From Squalus acanthias (taxonomy: Eukaryota): DNA of 64,000 nt. The notes below the pieces were generated by a model. It had not been told where the DNA came from. It did not search any database and saw nothing but the letters and a program-made list of their open reading frames with translations. The translations under genes were made by a program, and so were the position numbers. Positions 38,876 to 51,059 of this stretch are shown piece after piece; position 1 is the first letter of the stretch, and each line of letters starts with the position of its first letter. The stretch lies in the NCBI GenBank assembly GCA_030390025.1, contig CM059427.1:28830001-28894000 (forward strand), in the 5' to 3' direction.

Positions 38876-39182
38876 GTCTTGGGGTTAGACAGCAGGGGAT
38901 AATTGGATCGGGGCATGGAAGGATTGCAACACTGGAGACCAGAAGGCAAAATCAGAGCAGGGTGAGGAGGAAACACAAACGTACACCAGGGTTAGTGAGG
39001 GGAAGGTAGAGTAGCATTAGAGGCTGGGAAGGAAATGGTATGAGGAGTTTGTAAATGCTAAGCGGTCACATGAGAATGAAGATGCATGGGTTGGGAGAAG
39101 GGGACGTGGAACTGGAGCCAACTACAGCGATGTAACAACTAACAGCAATAAGGGAAAAGAAAAAGAATTTTAAAAAGAAAAA

Positions 39183-39470
39183 AGATTTACATAGGATATA
39201 CAGCACAAACTGGCCATTCGGCCCACCCAGTCCATGTGGGCGTTTATGCTCCACTCGAGTCTCCTCCCGTCTTTCCTCATCTAACTATCAGCATAACCCT
39301 CTATTCCCTTTTCCCTCATATGCTTATCTAACCGCCTCTTAAATGCATCCATACTATTTGCTTCAACCACTCCATGGTAGCGAGTTCCACATTCTCACCA
39401 CTCTCTGGGTGAAGAAGTTTCTTCTGAATTCCCTATTTGATTTCTTGGTGACTGTCTTATATTAATGGTT
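39183..39470 (-). mobile_element. CR1 3' tail fragment
   Basis: ttacataggatatacagcac..ggccattcggccc; ccactctctgggtgaagaagtttcttctgaattccc. Confidence 0.8.
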
Positions 39471-42299
39471 GAATTATTTAAAAATAACCTGACTGTAGCA
39501 ACTTCACACGAACGCACGCACACACACAGCAATTAGGGGCTATCATTTTAGGGACAGTGAATTGTAAAACAATAAGTTTGATTTGTATACGTTAACTAGG
39601 TCATGGGAATGTGCAGGACTCAAACTAAGAGCAGGGGATCAAAGAAAGCTGTGGAATCAAAAGGATATAAAAATGTTGGACGAAATGTGGCTAAAACATG
39701 AAAGAAACCAATACAATAGCAGGCATACATGACGTTCTCATTGCAGGGGAAGATGCGTGCAGGGCAGCAGGAATTGGAGATTGAACCTGACTACAGTAAT
39801 TTTGTTCTGCCCAAAGAATAAAGAAAAAGCCAGGAGAACGAAATGAAAGAATTTCAGCTATAAGATGAAAAGGAGCTTCAGTGGGGCCTTGAGGGATTTG
39901 GAACATGACAGCAGAAGCAGGAGCCTATGCACCATTTATATCTAGGTTGGCAGCAGCACATTTACTTACTTACAGGTATCATCCTTTGACGTTAAAAATA
40001 CTATTAAAGAACATACACATCTACAAGTGATGAACAATTAGTTAAAATTATTTCACTATTTTACCTCAACTTTAGGTAGTGTAGAAATAAATATTTTAAA
40101 CCCTTCCTGTATATGCAGTACTGTTGCGTGAGCCACAAGGCTGGATGAGTATGTGACATGCAAGGCATGACACCCTCAACATTGCAAAATCTTTTCACAG
40201 CGCCAGCTACAGGCATAACTGCTTCAGTCAGGTCATTTTTAAAATTAATTCAACTTGTTTGATTGAACCTTCTCTTCCCCTTCCACCACCTCTTTCTTTC
40301 TTTTCCCTTATTGCTGTTAGTGGTTACATCGCTGTAGTTGGTTCCAGTTCCATGTCCCCTTCTCCCAACCCATGGGGCAAGGCTGCTATTAAATTTTGCA
40401 TGCACCACATAGTTAATATCTAATCGCACCGATTGCTTTACATCGGTGACAAATTTGCAAGCACTGACGTACTGTTTTTAAATATATTACTAGCGGATTT
40501 TCCATTGTGTTGCTCAATGTAATTGGATGATGCCGTGCTTTATAAATGCAGAAATATTGTGCCATGTAGCGCACAATATATTACTCTGCTGCTAAGGCGG
40601 TTATGTCCCCTTAAGCCCATAAAGTTTAACTGCTGTTAAGTAAACAGCTGGTTAGTTCAGGGTTTAATCACTATTCTGACTAAGTCAGAAACCTGACTTC
40701 ATTTTATTTGTTGGAAAAATGTGATTGGTAAAGTCAATTAAGGAGCTGAAGATATTCAGACTTTTTGGTCTGCTGGGTTTCTGATACGCACAAAAACCTA
40801 TTACTATATTTAAGAGTCTCCAAAGCAGGCTACTGAAGTCGATATACACCTTTGCCAAATATGAAGTTTTCATACTTTACCCATAGATATAACCCAACTG
40901 TCCAAGTCCAAAGAGTTTAGGAGCAGACTGGCAAAGGTATGGCTTCGGGACTCCCAAGTATGCACGAGTTGCTGCTAGAGTTTAACTAGCTAAAACCATA
41001 CAGCTTGTCAGAGTCCCTTCCTGCTACTTACCCATCTAAGACCACCTTACTCATTGAGACACCTGGCTTGTAGAGTAATCTGGAGCAGATAGGGAATAAT
41101 CCCAGCACCAGTGACAGGCCTACCCCTCCAGCTAATTTGTCTCACTAATGGAATCTGGTCAATCACTCGCAGTACCCTGGAGTAATACTGACTTGGCTGG
41201 TTCAGGTATTGGATTACTGACCCTGCCATAGAGGGTGAATTTGGTTGAGTCACCATTGCCAGGAGTATTATTTGGGGCTACCTCAACCCCAAAGACACCA
41301 CTTACCTCTCTTGCCCCAAGAAGGATAGCCACTAGTTGGCTGTTTGACAACTGAGAAGCACAAGTTTCAGTCCTCACTAGGTGAACAGCAGCAGTTCTTC
41401 GAGTTGAATGGTGAATAGCACAACTCACCATAAGATGCGCAAGTACATTGCCACGGACGACAACATAGACACTAACCATATCCCACTGAACAGGTGATTC
41501 CACCAGTTGCAGGTACATAGTTTGTGCGCGTCTTTCTGCAACTCAAGCGTGTTCTCATGCCCAGCCTCCAGGTAATGTCTTTCAGCAGCTGTCGCCCAAG
41601 TGTTAAAATTTCCTCATTGGCTATACGGCTAGCATTTGCTTTCAGCACCTTGCAAGGACCTAAATAGGGCAGCGTATGTTGTGCCAGCCACATCAACGCT
41701 CTAGATATCGACATCCAATGCCGGTAACAGGCTTATTCAAGATCCTCATGCTCTTCTTTGTGCCACAAACTCACCCATAGTTTGGTTCTGGATCTTGCAC
41801 ATGCCCTTCCATTGCATGCCTATGAATTCTAAATCATGAAAGAGAACATATACCTTTGTATTTTCGAATCAATACCCTCATGGTCCCCTGGAGCTGTGAA
41901 AGACCATAATACTGCACTTCTGGGTCCTCAAGCGTAGTATTATGCTCCTAGAGAGTTTTGCGACATTGTAAATGACTGCCTTTGTTTCATTATAGTTTTT
42001 CAGTAGGACACAGAAATTTGCATGACACTTACATAGAACGTACAGCAAAGAAACAGGCCATTTAGCCCAATAAGTTTATGTTCCACACAAGCCTCCTGCC
42101 ACTTGAAATGTGATCATCTGGAACTACATACCATTTTTATTTTTGGATATATCTACTTATATATCTTTTAAAAAATCTTGCATATAACACACTTCCTCTA
42201 CAAATTAACCTAATTTCTTGTATTATGCATTATAATGGTAACCCATATATCAAAAAGCCATAATGGAAAAACCCTATGCCAACATTTTACAATAGGAAA

Positions 42300-43070
42300 A
42301 GCCTCATCAACTTTCACCATCAGAGTGTCTTGGTGAACCAAATTAATCCAAGTACTTTTTAGGAAAACAAATCCACCATTTTTCCCCTCAGTCACTGAAA
42401 TTTCTAATGTCAAAATAAAGTTTTAAACAAAATTAAAAGCATTTTACATATTTCACAATTCTTTCATGTACCATTTGCCGGCAATTTAAATGTTTACGGT
42501 CCATACTACGGGTTTAAACAAAATAAATATCATGTTATGTATTTCAAAATAACACGACTAAATTTATCCATTGAATTCTTTAGTATCTTTTGATACCTTC
42601 ATTCAAGATTTTACTTGAAGGCCTCAGTCTCGACCAAAAGCCTGGACTTAGACTTGTTATTTACGCCCAGTTCTTAGTTGAAGGGCAGGTCCTGCAGGTT
42701 GCACATGTGTAATGTGAACAGTTTTCCAGGATTCACAAGTAACATTTAAGCTAGCCAAATGATAGAATGGTTCTCTTTCAGCCTTGAACAAAAGCTATTT
42801 GGTTGCTTTTGAATATTATTCAAAAAAAGCTACAGAATAAATCTCAAAAGTTTTATTGAGGTTAAATTTATACTGAGTTTATTTTAAACTGAGCATGTGT
42901 GTGCATGTGTGAGTGAGAGATAGAGAAACAACAATAGACTGACTGTATACCTGTTATTGCTCGAGTTGATGTTTGAATTAAACTAATATGCTTTCTGAAG
43001 TTAAGTGCACATAAGGGGGAGGGGGTGGGAAGAGAGAAGAGTGATAGAGAAAGAGAGACATACCCACAGT
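42300..43070 (-). repeat. Unclassified local repeat unit, copy C (inverted)
   Basis: Reverse complement aligns by eye with 34205-34560 and 38080-38600. Confidence 0.72.
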
Positions 43071-43349
43071 TATACTTCCACGAACCAAACACATTTAACG
43101 TTTGCAGAGAATTTAAGTAAGTTACACTGCCAAACTCCCTAAGCCCCACCACAGTGCTGTCAAACACTAGGACACTCATCCCAGTTCTGACATAACCAAG
43201 GACTGTCCTCACTGCAGCTAAATCCCACTCCCTCAACCCAGTATTAGGAATAAATAATTTTAAATATATATATCCTTCTTTTCCTAAGTATCTATTGTTG
43301 TCTGATAACATCTGTAAAGAGCCTTGGGATGCTATATAAATGCAAGTTG

Positions 43350-46300
43350 TTGTTATAAAGCATTTACATAGCATCTTTAATATAATCACACCGAAGGCTC
43401 TTCATAGAATCATAATCAGACAAAAGCAGATACTGAACCGGGGAAGGATGACCAAAAGCTTGGGCAAAGAGTTGGGTTTTAAGGAGGGCCCTAAAGGAGG
43501 AGGGAGACGGAGAGGTTTAGCGAGAAATTTCCAGGACATCGGGCCTTTTGGGCTGAAAGCACGGCCACATAGAACTCGGCAGCAGGATTATTAGGCTGGA
43601 GGTTAGAGATAGGGAGTGGCAAGGCCATGAAGGGAGATAAATACAAGGATAAGATTTTTAAATTGAAAGCCGGGAGTCAATGTAGGTCAGCAAAGAAAGG
43701 GTAACGGGCGAGCGAGACTTGCTGTGGGCTAGGATTAGGGCAGAAGCTTTTGGGATAAGCTGAAGCTTATGAAGGGTGCAGGATGGGAGACTGGGCAGGA
43801 GAGTATTGGAATAGTCGAGTTTTTTTAAAGTTCGTTTATGGGATGTGGGCGTCGCTGGCAAGGCCAGCATTTATTGCCCATCCCTAATTGCCCTCGAGAA
43901 GGTGGTGGTGAGCTGCCTTCTTAAACCGTTGCAGTCCGTGTGGTGAAGGTACTCCCACAGTGCTGTTCGGGAGGGAGTTCCAGGATTTTGACCCAGCAAC
44001 GATGAAGGATCGGCGATATACTTGTAAGTCAGGATGGTGTGTGACTTGGAGGGGAACTGGGAGGTGGTAGTGTTCCCATGCGTCTGCTGCCCTTGTCCTT
44101 CTAGGTGGAAGAGGTCGCGGGTTTGGGAGGAGCTGCCGAAAAAGCCTTGGCGAGTTGCTGCAGTGCATCTTGTAGATGGTACACACTGCAGCCACGGTAC
44201 ACCGGTGGTGGAGGGAGTGAATGTTTAAGGTGGTAGATGGGGTGCCAATCAAGCGGGCTGCTTTGTCTTGGATGGTGTCGAGCTTCTTGAGTGTTGTTGG
44301 AGCTGCACTCATCCAGGCAAGTGGAGAGTATTCCATCACACACCTTACTTGTGCCTTGAAGATGGTGGAAAGGCTTTGGGGAGTCAGGAGGTGAGACACT
44401 CGCCGCAGAATAACTTGCCTCTGACCTGCTCTTGTTGCCACAGTGTTTATGTGGCTGGTCCAGTTAAGTTTCTGGTCAATGGTGACCCCCAGGATGTTGA
44501 TGGTGGGGGATTCGGCTATGGTAATGCCATTGAATATCAATGGGCAGTGGTTAGACTCTCACTTGTTGGAGATGGTCATTGCCTGGTACTTCTGTGGCGC
44601 GAATGTTACCTGCCACTTATCAGCCCAAGCCTGAACGTCGCCCAGGTCTTGTTGCATGCGGGCATGGACTGCTTCATTGTGAATGGCACTGAACACTGTG
44701 CAGTCATCAGCAAACATCCCCATTTCTGACCTTATGTTGGAGGGAAGGTCCTTGATGAAGCAGCTGAAGATGGTTGGGCCTAGGACACTGCCCTGAGGAA
44801 CTCCTGCAGCGATGTCCTGGGGCTGTGATGATTGACCTTCAATCACCACAACCATCTTCCTTTGTGCTAGGTATGACTCCAGCCAGTGGAGAGTTTTGCC
44901 CCCCCCCCCCCCGATTCCCATTGACTTCAGTTTTACTAGGGCTCCTTGATGCCACACTAGGTCAAATGCTGCCTTGATGTCAAGGGCAGTCACTCACTTC
45001 TCCCCTGGAATTCAGCTCCTTTGTCCATGTTTGGACCAAGGCTGTAATGAGGTCAGGAGTCGAGTGGTCTTGGCGGAACCCAAACTGGGCATCAGTGAGC
45101 AGGTTAATGGTGAGTAAGTGCTGCTTGATAGCACTGTCGATGATACCTCCCATCACTTTGCGGTTGATTGAGAGTAGACTGATGGGGCGGTAATTGGCCG
45201 GATTGGATTTGTCCTGCTTTTTGTTGACAGGACATACCTGGGCAGTTTTCCACATTGTCGAATAGATGCTAGTGTTTTAGCTGTACTGGAACAGCTTGGC
45301 TAGAGGCATGGCTAGTTCTTCAGCACGATAGCCGGGATGTTGTCGGGCCTCATAGCCTTTGCTATATCCAGTGCGCTCAGCCGTTTCTTGATATCACGTG
45401 GAGTGAATCAAATTGGCTGAAGGCTGGCTTCGGAGAGTCTGGAGGTGACAAAGGCATGGATGAGGTTTTCAGCAGCAATTAGGCTGAGGTGGGCAATGTT
45501 AGAGATGGAAATGGTCGGTCTTGGGTAATGTGGATGGAATCGGTGGAAAGGGTTTGTGGTGGGAGCCGAAATAATGCCTTCAGTCTTCCCACTGTTTAAC
45601 TGGAGTAAAGTGCAGCTCATCCAACACTGGATATCGGACAAGAAGAAGATAGTGAAGGAGTCAAGATAGGTGGAGAGATAGAGCCGGGTGTCAGTGTACA
45701 CATGGTAATGTCCCCAAAAGACAGCATGTGGATGAGGAATAGAAGGGGGCTAAGGATAGGCTCTTGTGCGACTCCAAAGGCAATGGTGTAGAGGCGGGTG
45801 GGGGAAGCATGGTAAACAGCGAGGATTTTCAAGGAGAGGTAATATGGGTGGAACAAGGTGAAGTGCTCAGAGGAGAAACTACCAGAGGATTAGCGGGAGA
45901 GACCAGGGTGTGATGTGGCAAGAAGTGTTACATTGCCACCGTGGCAGTTTTGGTGAGGCAGGTGGTGGGAAGTATAGCCAGACAGGAAGGCTTCAGCAGG
46001 GGGTAAGGTATCATCACCTGCGAGCCAAGTTTCAGTTAAATCCAGGAAGTCAATGCAATCACCCACTATAAAGTCGTGGAGAACAAGGGCCTTGTTTGTG
46101 AGTGAGCCGATATTCTGGAGGGAAATGCGAAGGGGGCAGTGACGATGGTCTTCTGGCAAAGTCCAAGACGGCAGTTGTGAGTGGGGCAGGATGGATGGAG
46201 GTAAGGTTAGCCCCCCAGCGAGCGTACTCAGTTGGAAGATGAGCAAGAGAGCAGGATGGGACAGTTGGAGCTACTGCTTTTAAGTAGTAAGCGATGGGCC

Positions 46301-46500
46301 CGTCAGAGAATGTCAGGAGAGGCACAGAGGGTAGCTGCGGGCTATTCCAAACGGGGTTCAAGCCTGGAACAGCAGCAGGAGAGTAGGAAGGCAGAGTAGT
46401 AGTCATTGGGATAGGGATTGGGGGAGGCCAAGTACCCAAGGGGAAAAAAGAAAGGTGGCATGACAGGAAGGAGGGGGGAGAGGAGACAGGAGACAAAGGC
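43350..46500 (-). mobile_element. L2 LINE (3' end 43350-43819; ORF2 45433-46500) interrupted by a family-B LINE
   Basis: LDYSNTLL..LHKLQLI; LIHAFVTSRL; endonuclease-like LQNIGSL..DFLDLTETWL. Confidence 0.75.
43820..45432 (-). mobile_element. CR1-group LINE family B; inverted copy of 4124-5618
   Basis: [31 protein letters not shown]; same 3' tail. Confidence 0.9.
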
Positions 46501-46512
46501 TCAAAAGAGGCC

Positions 46513-46966
46513 AAGAAAGAAAGAGAGAAATAAAGACTTGCATTTATATAGTGCCTTTCACGACCACCTCAAAGCACTTTACAGCCAATGAAGTACTTTT
46601 GAAGTGTAGTCACTGTTGTAATGTAGGAAACGCGGCAGCCAATTTGCACACAGCAAACTCCAACAGCAATGTGATAATGACGAGATAATCTGTTTTTTTT
46701 TTGTTATGTTGGTTGAGGGACAAATAACTCCCCTGCTTTTCTTCGAAATAGTGCCATGGGATCTTTTACGTCCACCTGAGAGAGCAGATGGGGCCTCGGT
46801 TTAACGTCTCATCTGAAAGATGGCACCTCCGACAGTACAGTACTCTCTCAGCACTGTACAGGAGTGTCAGCCTAGCTTTATGTGCTCAAGTCCCTGGAGT
46901 GGGACTTGAACCCACAACCTTCTGACTCAGAGGCAAGTGTGCTACCAACTGAGCCACAACTGACAC
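46513..46966 (-). mobile_element. Full-length Deu-domain tRNA SINE (SacSINE1-like)
   Basis: Minus-strand head with A box tggctcagttgg and B box ggttcaagtcc; central domain shared by at least 5 copies here; L2-like tail ..ctatataaatgcaagtcttt. Confidence 0.85.
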
Positions 46967-46974
46967 TGAGAAAA

Positions 46975-48752
46975 AGGGAGACAGAACTCTATAATTAGGA
47001 GGATAGACAGCGTCCTCTGCAGCCATGAACGAGAATCCCAAAGGGTGTGTTGCCTACCCAGTGCCAGGGTAAGGGATATCTCATAGTAGCTGGAGAGGAA
47101 CTTGGAAAGTGAGGGGGTAAATCAAGTTGTCGTGGTCCATGTTGGAACAAACGACATAGGTAGGAACAGGGAGGAGGTCCTGCTGAAAGAGTTTCAGGAG
47201 TTCGGCTCTAAATTAAAAAGCAGGACCTCGAGGGTAATAATCTCTGGCTTATTGCCCAAGCCATGTGCAAATTGGCATAGAAGCAGACAAATCAGGAGAA
47301 TTAACACGTGGCTAAAGGGCTGGTGTGGGAAAGAGGGGTTCCTTGTCATAGGGAGATGGCAGAAATATTATTTTGCTTCAGTATTTACCAGGGAGATAGA
47401 ACAGGTGGACATGACATTGGATGAGAGATGAGTAATGAGATAAGTGCATTTAAAATTAAAAAAGGGGATATATTAAATAAACTAAACAAACTCAGGATAA
47501 AACCCCTGGATTACATCCACACATTTTAAAAGAATCTAGGGAAGAGATAGAAGAGGCATTACTACGCATATTTAATAATTTGTTAGAAAAAGGTGTAGTG
47601 CCAGAGGACTGGCGGATAGCTAACGTAATATTGATATTTAAGCAAGGGGATAGAACATGTCCAGGGAATTATAGACCAGTCAGCTTAACATTGGTGGTAG
47701 GAAAAATAATGGAATCCCCACTAAAGGAGAGAACAGAGAACATCTAGAAATGAAAAATCTAATAATGAATAGTCAGCATGGATTTCCAAATGAGAAAATC
47801 TAGCTTGACCAACCTTATTGAATTTTTGAAGAGGTAACAGAGAGAGTAGACAATGGTAATGCAGTAGATGTAATTTATCTAGATTTTCAAAAGGCCTTCG
47901 ATAAGGTACCCCATAATAGACTAATGAATAAGGTCAGAGAATGTGGAGTCAGGGGACAAGTAGCAGAATGGATTGCTCGCTGGCTTTAAGAGAGAAAGCA
48001 GAGAGTGGGAGTAAAGGGTAGCTATTCACAGTGGCAGAAGGTGGGCAGTGGTGTTCCACAAGGATCAGTGCTGGGACCACTGCTGTTCACAATTTATATT
48101 AACGATTTAGACTTTGGAATCAAAAACACAATTTCTAAATTTGCTGATGATTCCACATTGGGGGGGGGATAGTTAATACTGAGGAGGACTGCAACAAATT
48201 ACAGGAGGACATTAATAAACTTGCAGAATGGGCAAATAATTGGCAAATGAAATTCAACACAGATAAATGTGAGATATTACATTTTGGTAGGAAGAATAGG
48301 GAGGTCACTTATCACTTGGAGGGTGCTAGTCTAGGTGGGGTAGAGGAACAAAGGGATCTCGGTGTACAAATACACAAATCATAAAGTTGTGACACAGGTT
48401 AGTGAGGCCATAAAAAAAGCAAACCAAACACTAGGATTTATTTCTAGAGGGATAGAATTGAAAAGTAGGGAAGCTATGCTAAACCTGTATTGAACCTTGG
48501 TTAGACTACACTTAGAGTACTGTGTGCAGTTCTGGTCGCCATATTATAAAAAGGATATAGAGGCACTGGAGAGGGTGCAGAGAAGATTTACAAGGATGAT
48601 ACCAGAAATGTGAGGGTATACATATCAGGAAAGGATGAACAGGCTGATAGATTTAGATGAGAAAAGACGGTAGGAGGCTCGAGTGGAGCATAAACTCCGG
48701 CATGGACTGGTTGGGCCGAATGGCCTGTTTCTGTGCCGTATATCCTATGTAA
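46975..48752 (+). mobile_element. CR1 with ORF1 esterase remnant joined to ORF2 RT (internal deletions)
   Basis: VVVHVGTNDIGR then YFASVFTRE; YLDFQKAFDKVP; tail aatggcctgtttctgtgccgtatatcctatgt. Confidence 0.85.
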
Positions 48753-48936
48753 TTAACGGGCTCAGGTCCAGACTAGGAGCCAAAATGCATATGCAATTGG
48801 ACAGAGGGAATTTGGATTATTTTGGCATGGTAATTAGAAGAGACATGGCCAGGCCATAAACAGAGGATCTTCCCCCTTGCTCCAGGTGCCTTGCATAGAG
48901 TGGATCGAAAATTGTCACACCCAGTTTACTTGATAC

Positions 48937-49198
48937 TTTTTATCTTTCCTGCCTCTTACATAAGCACAGCATGTTCTTTCAACTCCTTCCTCCCCTCCTA
49001 AACCCCCCCCCCCCCCCCCGTCTCTGCACCTGCTTAATATTTGTTACATCTCCAGCTTTTTCCAGTTCTGATGAAGGGTCCCAGACCTGAAACGTTAACT
49101 CTGTTTCTCTCTCCACGGATGCTGCCTGGCCTACTGAGTATTTCCAGCATTTTCTGTTGTGATTTCAGATTTCCAGCATCCGCAGTATTTTGCTATCG
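48937..49198 (+). mobile_element. PLE terminal fragment (family A) with intact hammerhead, 10-bp TSD
   Basis: TSD tacttgatac at 48927-48936 and 49199-49208; 3' part homologous to 13514-13616 and 31688-31913. Confidence 0.8.
49064..49100 (+). ncRNA. Minimal type-I hammerhead ribozyme motif
   Basis: agtt-CTGATGA-a-gggtc-cca-gacct-GAA-ACGT-T-aact: both cores intact, stem I agtt/aact, palindromic ACGU. Confidence 0.78.
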
Positions 49199-49314
49199 TA
49201 CTTGATACCTTAATGTTACAATAAAATGTTACAATATCTAATTAATCAACTATCAACCCACAGGTGCAAAACCTCACTGGATCAACAACCCCACAATGCA
49301 TTCCACAAATTTGC

Positions 49315-49432
49315 AGTATACAGACCTGCATGAAACTTGGAAAGTACTATATACTGTACTGTATATAGAACAGACACAACTTGAGTGTACTATATACAGG
49401 ACAGCACACAGCCTGAAGTGTACTATATAAAG
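49315..49432. repeat. Degenerate minisatellite, about 30-bp unit containing gtactatata
   Basis: aagtactatatac, gtgtactatatacagg, gtgtactatataaag. Confidence 0.5.
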
Positions 49433-50589
49433 TATGTATGGGAGAAAATGCCATGTAACACAGAATGCAGCATCAGTGTCACTGATTTGCTTTTCAGCCA
49501 GGTGACCAGCACCCTCCATTTTAAAAAAGGGACACTCATTCATAGTTGTCATTTTAGTGGCCAGAGTTGTAGAATTCTATCCAAAGAACCAATAAAAATC
49601 CCAGAACATCATCATTTAATAAAAATGAAATTCTTACTTACTCACTGTAAATCAGTGACCCTGAGGTTATCCCCTATATTGTATAAACACCCCAATTTTT
49701 ATAAAACAGCATATCCTATAACTCAGCATCAGCAACGTCACAGGAGATCAGGCAGCAATACAGTAAAAGTTGTGTGCAAAGCACTTCAGTACCGTACACA
49801 CTTCCTGTAAGTATCCCATTTATTTCCTGTAGCAGTTTCCTCGTCACCCTTTGTTGATTCACTCTGATAATTCAATGTGTTACATGGCATAACATCCCAG
49901 TATGAAACAACATATCCTCAAACTTGAGTAATCCCACAGGAGTTCTGCTAATGTACACTTCTTCTATAATGGAGTTTGAAATGCAAGTTAACACAAAAAA
50001 AATGCACCACCCACATTGAAGAGCAACAACGAAGGAGGAGGGGGAAAACGAGGAAGAAAGGGAAATCCAATAGTGAAAAGTTGCAGAAAATGTCACTTCT
50101 CAGGCTACATATTCTCTTTTTACCAGGTCCACAAAAATCTGCAAGTAATTGGCCTACTTGAATGACATATTTGACAGCCGATTTCCTGTGCAGACCTGAA
50201 CAACACTGGCATCTTTTCTGCTCCTGAATGGTCTGAGCATTTATACTTAAATTTCTGTATTAGCTTGGCCTATCAAACAGGAAGAACCCTATTTACAATG
50301 ACAAATGGATTTGACATTAATTTTCTTACTAAAAAAAATCCTAGTCATAGACAAAATAACTCAAGAGTTCTCTTACTCAGCATACACAATCAGAAGGAAC
50401 CAAACTACATAATGTTTCAAGCATGATTGCCACAACAGCACAGCATATGGTTTAGAAATCCTGGCAAAAGACGATCATAAACCGATTTTTAGATTTAGTG
50501 CATAGATTTTTTATTAATCTTTTCTTGGAACTTTGCAGATTGTGTTTAAAGAATTAAGTTCAGATAAAAAATTAACACGGCAAGTTGGC

Positions 50590-50830
50590 TGCACATTTAG
50601 GTTGTCCTTCCACCCGAGCACCCAGGTTAAAATCTATACCAGAATGATGAGATGAAAGTCCCATCTCTTGTCTGGCTGTAAAAGATCTTCCTGAGTAATT
50701 AAAATAGTCAGTCTCAACCCAGTTCCCAGTGGACATGTGTGCACACATCACAAAAAATCAGTAACATCAGCACTAACTCGGCAATCTCACTCATAAGAGC
50801 AAAATGAATGGCAGCTCCAGTGATTCTCCT
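50590..50830 (+). mobile_element. LF-SINE-like element
   Basis: gatgaaagtc..ctggctgtaa..gtctcaacccagttcccagtggacatgtgtgcacacatcacaaaa..gcactaa matches the recalled LF-SINE core. Confidence 0.65.
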
Positions 50831-51059
50831 CATGAAAAGAAAGGTTCATGGGATCATGGTATTGTGGACAGTTACTGAGTAGAAGCCAAGTACCTCCCCA
50901 CAAAGAGAGGGAGGAATCAACAACTAGTAATGACAACTGCCATATAATGCCTCACTTGCATTATGATTGCTAGGTATAGTCTAGCCTCCCAATCGCTTTC
51001 ACTTGCTCATGTCCCCCAAGTGTAAGTAGGAGAAAAGGAACAGCAACTAAAATGACAAT

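Noticed and set aside
46890-46966. tRNA gene
   Set aside because: The A/B boxes belong to a SINE head, followed by SINE body and tail.
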